DNA of 64,000 nt from Candidatus Campbellbacteria bacterium (GTDB lineage Bacteria > Patescibacteriota > Minisyncoccia > Phycocordibacterales > EsbW-18): contig BTUR01000001.1 in the NCBI GenBank assembly GCA_045863475.1, positions 59,846 through 123,845 on the forward strand, in the 5' to 3' direction. Positions 10,301 to 18,699 of this stretch are shown here, piece after piece. Below the pieces are notes generated by a model. That model was given only the letters and a program-made list of their open reading frames with translations, made no database searches and was not told the DNA's origin. Both the position numbers and the translations under genes were made by a program. How positions within the stretch are numbered: the first letter of the stretch is position 1; every line of letters starts with the position of its first letter.

Positions 10301-11100
10301 CCTCAACGCCAACTCAGACGTTCTCAGTGGAGGGGACGGTTGCGTTCAACGGACTCGGAACGGTTGGCGAGATTCAACCAGATGCACTCTGTATAGGCAG
10401 TGATGGAGAGGTAATGGTGAACACAGGAGCGACGGACTGCACCCTATCATCCATTCGTTTCAAACACGACGACCAAGACCTGGCCATCGGCTTAGACGAG
10501 CTCCTACAATTGCGCCCAGTGTCATTCGTGTACAACGAAATGGATGAACGAAGAGTTGGTTTTATTGCCGAGGATGTTGATGCTGTTTCAGGTCTCGACC
10601 CTCTCATCTTCCGTGAAGAAGACGGAACCCCGCGCGGTGTTCGTTATGGTGATATGGTTTCACTTGTCGTCAAATCAATACAGGAACTCAACTACAAGGT
10701 GGACCAGGCACTCGCGGCAAGCGGTGCAGCAATCCAAGGTGGTATCGCGCGATTTACGGAACTCATTGCGGACAAGGTTACGACAAAAGAACTTTGTCTG
10801 GATGATGTGTGTGTGACGCGTGACGAACTGCAAGAACTTCTTGATAATGCAAACATTGATAGCACGCCTCCAAGCGGCGGGGGAGACACAACACCGCCTT
10901 CAGGCACAACAACGCCGCCGACAGACGGGACGGGCACGACAACCGACCCCGCCCCCGAACCTGACCCGACCCCTGATCCGACGCCGGAGCCAGAACCAAC
11001 CCCGGAACCAACGCCGGAACCAACACCTGAACCTGAGCCAGAACCTGAACCCGAGCCCGAGCCAGAACCTACTCCTGAACCCGAACCAATAACCCCGTAA
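4318..11100 (+). CDS. Giant (~2260 aa) secreted fibre-like surface protein: signal peptide, YadA-head/Hep_Hag-like Gly-rich beta-repeats, repeated ~55-aa modules, peptidase-S74 intramolecular chaperone domain, Pro/Glu/Thr repeat tail
   Basis: Signal peptide MTERTPTKALLTSIFLLGSLLGPLFSEA; repeats like AIAIGNSNEAYS / SVAVGSNNALDG / AIAIGVESSGG; S74 motif SSIRFKHDD...LRPVSFVYNE...GFIAEDV...SLVVKSIQEL; C-terminal PEPTPEPEPEP. Confidence 0.8.
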   Translation: MTERTPTKALLTSIFLLGSLLGPLFSEAETTVEDPFATGSTTPTLFDRYATFSEGAQGVIFGAFEKTLADVLVGFRLYDEFSAGAERTVLDGFTAFADGALSATYTYENAANILHTATLASVSDAVDSVGGSVAFGRRSYVTAVDTVFAFAERAVVDTTDATVENAQRMTRVARSLVSLDTFVVRSTTEEEKEKLTPKQEPTVVIKNNTLTASGALAWNTLGGVPDVAIDAAKNSLAASAEATTGLFERTRLALRRWLGIGDDTMVAVPGTNTTTATTTVIERIVERPTTVTQVLRSSGVSYADLINAIAGLRNELQPQIDLAMERPRTVSHSGDDDDDGGDGGSSGDVTEDDLSDNSIEDLSDVAAMTETSGDLLYWNGATWTNIATSSLGISGGSSQWTTSGSDIYYTTGNVGVGTTSPDERLTVGGNIHATGSVDIDSGSEYQIGGTGILTRTSSGAVLLGDYNTSVTRGTNALELQSAPGDTTNFAQGNSSIVIGMWNRASSTNAIAIGNSNEAYSADDILVGYGNMTRETAAAGTQSDSTIFGRANEIWNVNNSLALGDDNSLTGGFAGLERQVVVGASNSVEGAGYTSVFGYDNTLNAASSYLYAVALGSTNILGTTPAYSVAVGSNNALDGARTVAVGSNVYAGGPEAIAIGVESSGGNMFALGYRAISIGVNTQANADGAIAIGNGIVNAVASSTQIGPSDTAKLTILGATGSEGFVGIGTTTPATNLVVDGDVSITGGLYDSGTSLGSNGMVLQSTGTGIDWVSTSSLNITQDLSAYLTLADWYATTTDGLAEGLTNLYNQTHTGEVTGATGLTIADDVVDEANLKINAAVDGYVISASSTASGGLAWVATSSLGFGSGSGVVGSGTTGQVAYYAADGTAVTGTSSVFIAPSGNVGIGSTTPLSVLTVSGPAATISIDNSSIGGRIYQLRNGVSPVGRFEIFDVSANETRLAIDSDGKTAIGTSTPIEDARLFIYGGANVDIRTAANTENATIEVQSDDFESSFQSAYLQYVGSGIAGNVFGSVPNADLARLVFQESANAAIYTTNDVPIIFGINSAEVARFSGTSFGIGTTSPYATLSVAGDIALTGGLYDSTASLGADGFVLQTTATGVEWVSTSSLNITQDLSGYFTLADWYATTTDGLAEGLTNLYNQTHTGEVTGATGLTIADDVVDEANLKINAAVDGYVISASSTASGGLAWVATSTLGLGSELFVDDGSTLRTAGGEAVQADYFIATSTSATSTFPIIAGSSAASGNLILQSTTNSTKGRIYLEGTSNGTGLGIRINNDSGTARLELYNGTSGNAAHILAGTILGSAFRGSASCSSAPCFSINPTQASFNSAYTLDWTSGAYNATRDIGLARVSAGILGVTGGLTGGGALSANYFTATSTSATSTFSGVLSVAGALADGSGSPGVSGYVLQSTGTGVDWVSTTTLGLDGGTSLFVDDGTTLRTADGEAVQASHIISTSTATSTFGGDISITGDIVPTADNTYSLGASTTQWKDVFIGPGSLYINGQKVIEEDGSNNIVVSSDINQSLVLQTSGSGDVELNPTGAGLIYLKGNINVTGGKVVSTSDNSLLEFEDGVLAGNLAIDGNAITATNTDGSISLTPNGVGNLLLTSGNFGIGTSSPYADLSVTGDIALTGGLYDNTATRGVSGYVLQSTGTGVSWVSTSSLNISGGSSQWTTTGSDIYYATGRVGVGTTAPAFTLSVAGDTLLDSNNIRFASSSASSLTVSYLAAATSTIVNNSAFSWTLATSTTATPIFRIDTTSGGMATTSIAGGLLINGGAISYDYGANETSIEKLNLGNMAFDDDAGIVSWINLPITASPSIGTPQSYSAQIDDNILLTIYGEADGSGGAQNLRVGVGTSTPYARFAIMGAAGSTDIFQIASSTGASVLTVTAAGKVGIGTTTPYTTLAIIGPDEAPTTATTTNGGLGIRGTGTTVELTMGTNVEGSEAYAWLQGKNYVTPGIYYPIILNQNGGNVGVGTSTPTQTFSVEGTVAFNGLGTVGEIQPDALCIGSDGEVMVNTGATDCTLSSIRFKHDDQDLAIGLDELLQLRPVSFVYNEMDERRVGFIAEDVDAVSGLDPLIFREEDGTPRGVRYGDMVSLVVKSIQELNYKVDQALAASGAAIQGGIARFTELIADKVTTKELCLDDVCVTRDELQELLDNANIDSTPPSGGGDTTPPSGTTTPPTDGTGTTTDPAPEPDPTPDPTPEPEPTPEPTPEPTPEPEPEPEPEPEPEPTPEPEPITP
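6718..6899 (+). repeat. Intragenic direct repeat copy A (~180 bp identical to 7768-7949)
   Basis: Identical DNA encoding AEGLTNLYNQTHTGEVTGATGLTIADDVVDEANLKINAAVDGYVISASSTASGGLAWVAT in both copies; antisense ORFs 6738..6944 and 7791..8006 share identical translations. Confidence 0.85.
7768..7949 (+). repeat. Intragenic direct repeat copy B
   Basis: See copy A; flanking ~80 bp diverged at synonymous and nonsynonymous sites. Confidence 0.85.
10860..11097 (+). repeat. Low-complexity (ccn-gaa/gag-cca) tandem repeat encoding TPPSG...PEPTPEPEPEPEP tail
   Basis: Visible short-period repeat cctgaacc/cgagcc; antisense translation is GSGVGSG. Confidence 0.8.
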
Positions 11101-11106
11101 TCTCCC

Positions 11107-14100
11107 ATGCGTTTTTCTCGTAGAACAATATATGTAGTAGTCGGGGTGATTGCGTTGATTGTTGCTTTGTACGCGCTGGTCACAACAGTGCGCGGTGATA
11201 CGTTTTTCGGAATTTCTCTGCGCTCGGGTTCTTTGAGCGACGGACTTATTGCGCATTGGACGTTTGACGGTAAGTACATGACACCGAATGTGCGGGATGC
11301 AGCCGGAAGTTACCACGGTGTATTAACAAACCAAACGGCAACGACAACACGTATCGGACGCATCGGGCAGGCGCTCGAATTTGACGGTGACAATGACTAC
11401 GTCAACCTCGGCACCATCCCGCTCAGCGACCCACTGCAGCTCTCTGACGATGTACTCACTATTTCTGCGTGGTTCTATCAAAAATCAGGGGGCGACAGCT
11501 TTCAACGCATTATCGACAAATCAAGCAACACGGGTGCGACAAACGGCTGGGCGTTTTTTGCCGACCCCAGTGATCCGAACTCCATATGGTTTCAATCTGC
11601 CGGTTCTGAACTTCGTTCCGCGGATAACGTCTACAATCAGAACGAATGGACACACGCGGCAGTCGTGTTTCGCGCCAATGATGTCAAAAAGATATACGTA
11701 AATGGCCAAGAGGTTTCGTTACAAACATCAAACAACCTAAACATCCCCAATTCAGCTGTCGGTGCCCGCATTGGTACGTGGTATAACGCCACGACGCGTG
11801 AATGGAACGGCTATCTCGATGATATCCGCGTGTACAACAGACTGCTTTCGGCAAACGAAATCAAGCGTTTGTACGGACTCGGCAACACGACGCGGATTTC
11901 AAAAACAATTTCTGTCGGCAGTATCGGTGCAACGGCCGACTCCGGGCTCGTCGGCCACTGGACGTTTGACGGTAAACACATGACACCGAATGTGCGGGAT
12001 ACCAGCGGGCAAGCGAATCATGGCGCACTCGCGAACTTTTCTGCTACGACCACTGCGATTGGCCGCATTGGTCAGGCACTTGAATTTGATGGATTGGACG
12101 ATGTTGTTGCTATTACACACAACAGCGTGCTCAATCCGTCGGGCAGTTATACCGTCGCGGCATGGGTATACCCACAAACCCTTCCTACAGTGAGCAACGG
12201 ACAATGGATTGGGATAGTTGCAAAAGGGAATACAGGGGAAACATCCGCGAGCAACCACCCATATGTTATCGCGTACCACCCTGTCGGTGGGGGAAGCCCG
12301 GTCGGCTTCGGTGTTGGACTCGAAAACAGCTCTGGATCAAACTGCAATGCATTTTCAAGTGATGCGGAACCAGCGGGAGCGTGGTATCACGTTGTCAGCC
12401 GTTTCAATGACAGTTCCAATGTGCTTGAAGTTTTCGTCAACGGTGTTTCTCAGGGAAGTGATGCATGTAGTTTAAGCCCCAACACTGGGAACTCGCGCCC
12501 TGTTTGGATTGGAGATGACGAACACACATCAGGACTTCGATTTGACGGTGTCATAGATGACGTCCGTATCTATAATCGCGCTCTTGTTGATGACGAAATA
12601 CAACGGCTCTACGATCAGGGTTCTGGCACCAGAATTACCTACACACCACCTGCGGAAGAAAACACTGCGCCGACGGTAAGTGATTCGGGGAGGAGTCCAT
12701 TTCACGGTGCGGATCTTGGCGGCTCTTCGTCCATAAAGCTCTTCATGAATACATGGACGGATCCGGAGGGGGATTCTATTGAATATTATTTTGAATTTTT
12801 CCAGAACGCGGCGTTTTGCAGTGGTGGAACAGGGATACTAAACAGTGGGTGGATTAGTGACCCAACAGCGACCGGAGGATTCACCGTAGCACTATCCGCT
12901 GGCAGCACATATTCATGGCATGTAAAGGCAAGGGACGAACACGGACTTGAGAGTGATTACAACGCCTGTTATGTGTTTACGAACAGTATCGGCGGCAGCT
13001 GTCCGTATGTGTTCGGTTGGGATGGAGAACAGTATCAATTCGAAGCAGATATCTACGGCTCCGGCGGCTTGGGGTACAAGAAATGGGGAGCATCCGACTT
13101 CGTGCAACCCTCTCCAAACAGGACGTATGTCCTGAAGTACGTAGAACCCCGAAATGGAGCGTTTGAGTGGCGCATCGTGGGTGACCTCAGTGAAATCAAC
13201 TACTTTGACCTCTTCCGTATGTATTCGTATTTTGTGCCGGAGGATCGTGACATCATCGTTGAGTCGCCGACGCTGGGCTCGGGTATGAGCGCGACGAGTA
13301 CGCTCCATACCATATCAACGGCACCGCTGTCGGCTCTGTCGGCGACGCGCCTTGATACGAACGAAGACGTTACGAGCGCTCTGTCAGCGCGCGACGAAGA
13401 CAAAGTCATCGTCAATAAGAACAAAAAAGAGACATATGAACCCGTACAAATAGAAGTCGATTTCGGCGACATCTCACGCTATTCGACGAAGAAGCTCGTT
13501 GTCGGCGGCTCAACAACGTACCCAACCACCGAAGAGGGTATCGCGCGCAAACAACTCTACGGTCGGGAGTGGGGTTTGTACGTGCAGGACGCGGCAGGGC
13601 AGTGGCAGAAAGTGCCGTACGAAAAATACAGCCCGACAAAACCGCTCTCATTCGAAAGTGTACTCGCCGTTGATATCTCAGACATCTTTATTTCGGAGAA
13701 CACAAAACTGCGCCTCGAGTACTTATATAAGGTATACGTGGATTACGTTGCATTGGACGTTACCGAGGATTTGCCGCTCGCGGTCGCCGAGGAACATCCA
13801 ATTACGTATGCTGACTTGCATGACTTTGGCGGATGGCACGATTTCGATAAGGATGGCAATGTGCCTGACTACTACAACGTTTCGCCACTTGAGGAGGATT
13901 ACGAGGATTTTCCGGGATACTACACCCGTTTCGGCGATGTTACTCCGCTTCTTGAAAAGCGTGACGACAAATTTGTTATTCTTGCGAAGAGAGACGAGAT
14001 AACCGTGAAGAACGCGCTACCCAAAATTGAACCCCCGACAGGATACAAGCGCGTGTACATGCTCGATGTGACCGGCTACTACAAGGCGCTCACCAAGACG

Positions 14101-14310
14101 ATGACGCCTATGACCGTTGAACCCATGCCGTTCTCGGGTATGAGTGCGTTCCCGTACCCTGATACGGAGCACTACCCGGACACGCCGGAGTATCAGGAGT
14201 ATCGGGCCAAATACAATACGCGGTACCTCTCTCCTGACACTCCAAGGAGCGGCTCCTCTATTACTGATGCGGCAAAGCGGCTCCTGGATGGCGTCCTTGG
14301 CGGGGAATAG
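11107..14310 (+). CDS. Membrane-anchored protein with two LamG-like (concanavalin A-like lectin) domains and a long Tyr/Pro-rich C-terminal region
   Basis: N-terminal TM helix; duplicated motif L(I/V)(A/G)HWTFDGK(Y/H)MTPNVRD..G..HG.L.N.(T/S)ATTT.IGRIGQALEFDG.(N/D)D(Y/V)V plus I(R/D)VYNR(A/L)L...EI.RLY; 7-nt gap after giant gene suggests one operon. Confidence 0.75.
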   Translation: MRFSRRTIYVVVGVIALIVALYALVTTVRGDTFFGISLRSGSLSDGLIAHWTFDGKYMTPNVRDAAGSYHGVLTNQTATTTRIGRIGQALEFDGDNDYVNLGTIPLSDPLQLSDDVLTISAWFYQKSGGDSFQRIIDKSSNTGATNGWAFFADPSDPNSIWFQSAGSELRSADNVYNQNEWTHAAVVFRANDVKKIYVNGQEVSLQTSNNLNIPNSAVGARIGTWYNATTREWNGYLDDIRVYNRLLSANEIKRLYGLGNTTRISKTISVGSIGATADSGLVGHWTFDGKHMTPNVRDTSGQANHGALANFSATTTAIGRIGQALEFDGLDDVVAITHNSVLNPSGSYTVAAWVYPQTLPTVSNGQWIGIVAKGNTGETSASNHPYVIAYHPVGGGSPVGFGVGLENSSGSNCNAFSSDAEPAGAWYHVVSRFNDSSNVLEVFVNGVSQGSDACSLSPNTGNSRPVWIGDDEHTSGLRFDGVIDDVRIYNRALVDDEIQRLYDQGSGTRITYTPPAEENTAPTVSDSGRSPFHGADLGGSSSIKLFMNTWTDPEGDSIEYYFEFFQNAAFCSGGTGILNSGWISDPTATGGFTVALSAGSTYSWHVKARDEHGLESDYNACYVFTNSIGGSCPYVFGWDGEQYQFEADIYGSGGLGYKKWGASDFVQPSPNRTYVLKYVEPRNGAFEWRIVGDLSEINYFDLFRMYSYFVPEDRDIIVESPTLGSGMSATSTLHTISTAPLSALSATRLDTNEDVTSALSARDEDKVIVNKNKKETYEPVQIEVDFGDISRYSTKKLVVGGSTTYPTTEEGIARKQLYGREWGLYVQDAAGQWQKVPYEKYSPTKPLSFESVLAVDISDIFISENTKLRLEYLYKVYVDYVALDVTEDLPLAVAEEHPITYADLHDFGGWHDFDKDGNVPDYYNVSPLEEDYEDFPGYYTRFGDVTPLLEKRDDKFVILAKRDEITVKNALPKIEPPTGYKRVYMLDVTGYYKALTKTMTPMTVEPMPFSGMSAFPYPDTEHYPDTPEYQEYRAKYNTRYLSPDTPRSGSSITDAAKRLLDGVLGGE

Positions 14311-14385
14311 GCCAGAGCGCTTGTACACGGCGTTTCTCTGTGGTATCTTTTTGACACCCGCAGAGGGGTTTTTTCTTGGAAACAC

Positions 14386-14799
14386 ATGGCGACAATTAAC
14401 CAGCTGACAAAGAAAGGTAGACGAAAGGTGGCGCGAAAAGCGAAGACCACCGGCCTTCGTCGTGGTTTCAACACGCTCACGAACCGTCCGACGCGATACG
14501 TCTCGCCGTTTAAGCGCGGTGTGTGCACACAGGTCAAAACAACGACGCCGAAAAAGCCGAACTCAGCTATCCGCAAGATTGCCCGTGTACGACTCACCAA
14601 CGGTCAAGAGATTACCGCATACATTCCGGGCATGGGACACAAACTCCAGGAACACTCGGTGGTCTTGGTGCGCGGCGGACGCGTGAAAGACATCGGCGTA
14701 CGCTACACCATTGTCCGCGGCACGCTTGACGCGGAAGGTGTTGAGAAGCGCATGAAGGGCCGCTCGCACTACGGAGCAAAACGACCGAAAGCTAAATAA
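14386..14799 (+). CDS. rpsL: 30S ribosomal protein S12
   Basis: Conserved S12 sequence (PKKPNSA(L/I)RK, GHNLQEHS-like, VRGG.VKD.PGV). Confidence 0.95.
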   Translation: MATINQLTKKGRRKVARKAKTTGLRRGFNTLTNRPTRYVSPFKRGVCTQVKTTTPKKPNSAIRKIARVRLTNGQEITAYIPGMGHKLQEHSVVLVRGGRVKDIGVRYTIVRGTLDAEGVEKRMKGRSHYGAKRPKAK

Positions 14800-14807
14800 T
14801 TTTTACT

Positions 14808-15311
14808 ATGCGTCGCCGACTTAAAGAAAGAGAAAAACACCCCGTACGCCCTGACCGCGTTTACAACTCGGTTACGGTTTCTAAACTCATCTCGCACGTT
14901 ACAAAAGACGGAAAGAAAAGCACTGCACAGCGCCTCGTCTACGGTGCACTCGATCTGCTCAAAAGCGAGCACGATGTGAAGGAGCCTGCAGCACTCCTTG
15001 AACAAGCAATTCAAAACGCAGCCCCGACGATGGAGGTTCGCTCACGACGCGTGGGAGGTGCCAACTACCAGGTGCCGTTCCCGGTCCGACCCGAGCGACA
15101 ACTCGCACTTGCACTCCGCTGGATTTTGGAAGGCGCCCGCGCCAAGAAGGGAAGTGATTTTTCAAAACGACTTTCCGACGAGCTTTTTGCAGCATCAAAG
15201 GGAGAGGGGGGCGCAATGACCAAGCGCGAAAACGTCCACCGCATGGCGGAAGCCAACAAGGCGTTCGCTCACTTCGCATTTTCACGACAGAAGAAACCGA
15301 GCGTGCGATAA
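14808..15311 (+). CDS. rpsG: 30S ribosomal protein S7
   Basis: S7 family sequence; canonical position after rpsL. Confidence 0.95.
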   Translation: MRRRLKEREKHPVRPDRVYNSVTVSKLISHVTKDGKKSTAQRLVYGALDLLKSEHDVKEPAALLEQAIQNAAPTMEVRSRRVGGANYQVPFPVRPERQLALALRWILEGARAKKGSDFSKRLSDELFAASKGEGGAMTKRENVHRMAEANKAFAHFAFSRQKKPSVR

Positions 15312-15346
15312 ACGCCCTCGGATTTTCTGCATAATTCTGTTTTTTC

Positions 15347-17497
15347 ATGAACCGAGACTACCCACTGGAGAAGGTACGCAACTTCGGAATCGTTGCGCAC
15401 ATTGACGCCGGCAAGACGACTGTCTCCGAGCGTGTGTTGTTCTATACCGGCATGTCGCACAAAATCGGCGAGGTGCACGAAGGTGAAGCAACCATGGACT
15501 GGATGGAACAGGAGCGCGAGCGCGGTATCACCATTACCGCCGCGGCAACGACGTGTTTCTGGACGCCGTCTTACGAGGCGGACAACACGGAGCGCAAACA
15601 CCGTTTCAATCTCATCGACACTCCGGGCCACATCGACTTCACTATTGAAGTGAAGCGCTCACTGCGCGTGCTTGACGGTGCAGTCGTCGTCTTCGACGGC
15701 GTGTCTGGCGTCGAACCGCAGTCAGAGACGAACTGGCGCTATGCCGATGAAGGTAAGGTGCCGCGCATGTGTTTCATCAACAAACTCGACCGCACGGGTG
15801 CGTCATTTGAACGCTCCTACAAATCCATTCTTGACCGCCTCACGACGAACGCGGTGCGCATGCAGATTCCGATTGGTGAAGAGGACAAGCACGAAGGCGT
15901 CGTTGATCTCCTCACGATGAAGGCGTACTACTTCGAGGGAAACATGGGCAGTGTTATTCGTATTGATGAAGTACCGGAACACCTCACAGCCGATGCACAG
16001 AAATATCGTCACGAACTTATTGAGAAGATTGTTGAGCAGGACGAGGATGCAATGAACCTGTATTTGGAAGGGAAGGAGCCCTCTCTTGCGGAGCTTAAGA
16101 AGATTCTGCGCCGCGCGGTTATTGCAAACGCAATTACGCCGGTGTTTACCGGTTCAGCACTCAAGAACAAGGGTGTGCAGCTTGTGCTCGATGCGGTTGT
16201 TGATTATCTCCCCTCACCGTTGGATATTCCTCCGGCAAAGGGTATTGATCCGCACACTGGAGAAGAACTCGTGCGTCACGCCTCAGACGAGGAGCCGTTT
16301 TCGGCACTTGCGTTTAAGGTGCAGACCGACCCGTTCGTCGGACAACTCACGTTTTTCCGTGTCTACTCGGGAACGGTTGAAGCTGGCTCATACATGTACA
16401 ACGCGACAAAAGAGAGCAAAGAGCGTGTTGGCCGTATCGTGCGTCTTCACGCCAACGATCGTGAAGAGGTGAAGAAAGTGTTTGCGGGAGAAATTGCCGC
16501 CGCCGTGGGTTTGAAGGACACAACAACGTCGGATACGCTCTGTGACGAGAACAATCCGATTATCCTTGAGCGCATCAAGGTTCCGGAGCCGGTTATCTCA
16601 TTGCGTATTGAGCCGAAGACAAAAGCAGACCAGGAAAAACTCGGACTCGCGCTCAAACGTCTCTCGGACGAAGACCCGACATTCCGCGTTACGACTGACC
16701 CTGAAACCATGGAAACCATTATTGCAGGCATGGGTGAACTGCACCTTGAAGTGCTGGTGGAGCGCATGCGCCGCGAATTCTCCGTGGACGCAAACGTCGG
16801 CAAGCCGCAAGTTGCGTACCGCGAGACGATTACGGGCACGGCGGAAGTTGAAAACAAATACATCAAACAAACGGGAGGTCGCGGTCAGTACGGTCACGTG
16901 AAGCTTCGCGTCAAACCGATGGACACGACGATTAACGAAGAAGATTTGCCGAAGAACACGAAACGCGATGACGGTCTTGAGTTCATTAACTCCATCAAGG
17001 GAGGTGTCATTCCGCAGGAATACATTCCGGCGGTCCAGAAGGGTCTTCGTGAGGCGATGGATCGTGGTGTTTTGGCCGGTTACCACCTCGTGAACATCTC
17101 TGTAGATCTCTACGACGGTTCGTACCACGAAGTTGACTCATCTGAAATCGCGTTCAAAATTTCTGCTTCACAAGCACTCCAGGAAGCGGTACAGAAAGCA
17201 CGACCGGTGTTGCTCGAACCGATTATGAAAGTGGAGGTTGTGGTTCCGGAGCAGTTCATGGGTGACATTACCGGTAACCTCTCATCCAAGCGCGGACAAA
17301 TTCAGGGAATGGAAGACCGCGGACAACTCAAAGCAATCAAGGCATTTGTTCCGCTCTCCGAGATGTTCGGCTACACAACCGCACTTCGCTCCATGACGGA
17401 AGGACGCGGTAACTCAACGATGGAATTTGACCACTACGAAATCGTTCCAGACAGCGTTGCAAAGGGCATCATCGAAGCACGTGGTGCAGCTCGTTAA
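15347..17497 (+). CDS. fusA: Elongation factor G
   Basis: [13 protein letters not shown]1 motif, [11 protein letters not shown], full EF-G domain order; canonical str-operon position. Confidence 0.95.
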   Translation: MNRDYPLEKVRNFGIVAHIDAGKTTVSERVLFYTGMSHKIGEVHEGEATMDWMEQERERGITITAAATTCFWTPSYEADNTERKHRFNLIDTPGHIDFTIEVKRSLRVLDGAVVVFDGVSGVEPQSETNWRYADEGKVPRMCFINKLDRTGASFERSYKSILDRLTTNAVRMQIPIGEEDKHEGVVDLLTMKAYYFEGNMGSVIRIDEVPEHLTADAQKYRHELIEKIVEQDEDAMNLYLEGKEPSLAELKKILRRAVIANAITPVFTGSALKNKGVQLVLDAVVDYLPSPLDIPPAKGIDPHTGEELVRHASDEEPFSALAFKVQTDPFVGQLTFFRVYSGTVEAGSYMYNATKESKERVGRIVRLHANDREEVKKVFAGEIAAAVGLKDTTTSDTLCDENNPIILERIKVPEPVISLRIEPKTKADQEKLGLALKRLSDEDPTFRVTTDPETMETIIAGMGELHLEVLVERMRREFSVDANVGKPQVAYRETITGTAEVENKYIKQTGGRGQYGHVKLRVKPMDTTINEEDLPKNTKRDDGLEFINSIKGGVIPQEYIPAVQKGLREAMDRGVLAGYHLVNISVDLYDGSYHEVDSSEIAFKISASQALQEAVQKARPVLLEPIMKVEVVVPEQFMGDITGNLSSKRGQIQGMEDRGQLKAIKAFVPLSEMFGYTTALRSMTEGRGNSTMEFDHYEIVPDSVAKGIIEARGAAR

Positions 17498-17522
17498 CTC
17501 TCCACCCGCATTTATTTTTGAG

Positions 17523-17562
17523 AACACAAAAACCGCCAAGCAAGGCGGTTTTTGTTTTTTTT
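17523..17562 (+). terminator. Rho-independent terminator after fusA
   Basis: aaaaccgccaagcaaggcggtttttgttttttttt. Confidence 0.75.
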
Positions 17563-17577
17563 TAAAAAAGGGGGGGT

Positions 17578-17611
17578 CTTGACGTTTTTTAGGTATACGC
17601 TATTGTGAACG
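17578..17611 (+). promoter_or_regulatory. Putative sigma70-like promoter (ttgacg-16-tattgt)
   Basis: -35/-10-like hexamers ~100 nt upstream of the 17718 ORF. Confidence 0.3.
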
Positions 17612-17717
17612 CTAAATTTGCTGTTCTTTGCAGACCCCATACTTCACCTCCTGGACCGCGTGGGTTCAGGGTTCGCTGTGATAGCAGGCGACTACCAGAA
17701 AGAAGAGGTGCTCAGAG

Positions 17718-18095
17718 ATGAAGAGATTCGTCCTCTGCGCGACGCTCGCGACGTTCGTCGCGGCGCTCGCCGTCTCCATCCCGGCCCAAGCAACGGACCC
17801 GAGTCCGCCGCTTGCCGAGTTGTCGATGGAGGCGCCGTACGCGCCCACCGATATCAATACCTTCTGCGAAGTCCAGATCGGCCTGACCCCTGCCATCCTC
17901 ACCGAGCACGTCCTCGTCCTGCCCGACCTCACCGGCGACCGTGTCGACCGCGACGTCGGCTGGGTCGACATCTCCGCGAACCCCTTCTTCGTGCGAACGG
18001 TCGACACAACGACCACTTCGAGCTCCATCGGCGCCGACCGACAGCGTGACACCGGCGAGAAACGAGGGGGCGCCCTGCGCGCCCATCCGACCTGA
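17718..18095 (+). CDS. Small secreted protein of unknown function on a high-GC (~66%) island
   Basis: Sec signal peptide MKRFVLCATLATFVAALAVSIPAQA; RBS aagaggtg; GC3-rich codon usage unlike flanking fusA; own promoter-like and terminator. Confidence 0.55.
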   Translation: MKRFVLCATLATFVAALAVSIPAQATDPSPPLAELSMEAPYAPTDINTFCEVQIGLTPAILTEHVLVLPDLTGDRVDRDVGWVDISANPFFVRTVDTTTTSSSIGADRQRDTGEKRGGALRAHPT

Positions 18096-18118
18096 CCAAC
18101 ACCACCAAGGCGAAGTAC

Positions 18119-18160
18119 GGGAAACCCCGAGTCCGAAAGGATTCGGGGTTTCTTCTTTTT
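18119..18160 (+). terminator. Rho-independent terminator
   Basis: aaaccccgagtccgaaaggattcggggtttcttcttttt. Confidence 0.65.
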
Positions 18161-18250
18161 GTATACGGGTTTGACTTCCATTTTTGAAGAGGGTAGTGTT
18201 GTCCTAGATTTTGCGGATTCTGGCTTGAGAGAGCCGAGGAGGGGGTAAAG

Positions 18251-18616
18251 ATGCCCAGGTACTGTCTCACGTTTGGGAACAATTACTTCGACAATGGACT
18301 CGAGAACGGGTGCGTCGAGGGCAACATGTGCCGAGTCATCTTCGCGGATGATGAGCAGGTGGCCAGACGAATTGGCCTGATTATGGAGGGTGAGGAGGTT
18401 AACGCCCACGAGACTCTCGGTCGGCTCCTCACGGTGAATGAGACAAAGGGCGAGATCAGTCTCAACTCATGGGATCCCGAGAAGATGATGGAGGAGGTGC
18501 TCCAAATTCTGATTACCCAAGGCGAAGAGGGTCTCCAGATTGCTCGAGGTGGCCAGGGTGAGCCAATCGGGTTGACACGCCTCGTGTCCACCGTGCCCGC
18601 CGTAAAGCTCGAGTAA
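18251..18616 (+). CDS. Hypothetical cytoplasmic protein (121 aa)
   Basis: Strong RBS gaggagggggtaaag immediately upstream of ATG; no signal peptide; followed by terminator hairpin. Confidence 0.5.
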   Translation: MPRYCLTFGNNYFDNGLENGCVEGNMCRVIFADDEQVARRIGLIMEGEEVNAHETLGRLLTVNETKGEISLNSWDPEKMMEEVLQILITQGEEGLQIARGGQGEPIGLTRLVSTVPAVKLE

Positions 18617-18624
18617 TACTGAGG

Positions 18625-18680
18625 AGCAGGACAACAACCGCCCAACGAGATCGTTCAATGAATCCGTTGGGCGATTTCGT
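18625..18680 (+). terminator. Rho-independent terminator
   Basis: ccgcccaacg...cgttgggcg hairpin followed by atttcgttttttt. Confidence 0.55.
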
Positions 18681-18699
18681 TTTTTTGAATCAAGGTAGC

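Noticed and set aside
10860-11097. Short-period tandem repeat, possible CRISPR-like array
   Set aside because: The period is 6-12 nt and in-frame coding (Pro-Glu-Thr). There are no spacers and no cas genes.
10692-11279. 195-aa minus-strand ORF with GSGVGSGSGSG repeats
   Set aside because: Antisense translation of the PEPT-encoding low-complexity repeat at the 3' end of the giant gene.
17666-18409. 247-aa minus-strand ORF spanning the high-GC island
   Set aside because: Runs antisense through two plus-strand genes with RBS and terminators, and through a terminator hairpin. Typical high-GC antisense artefact.
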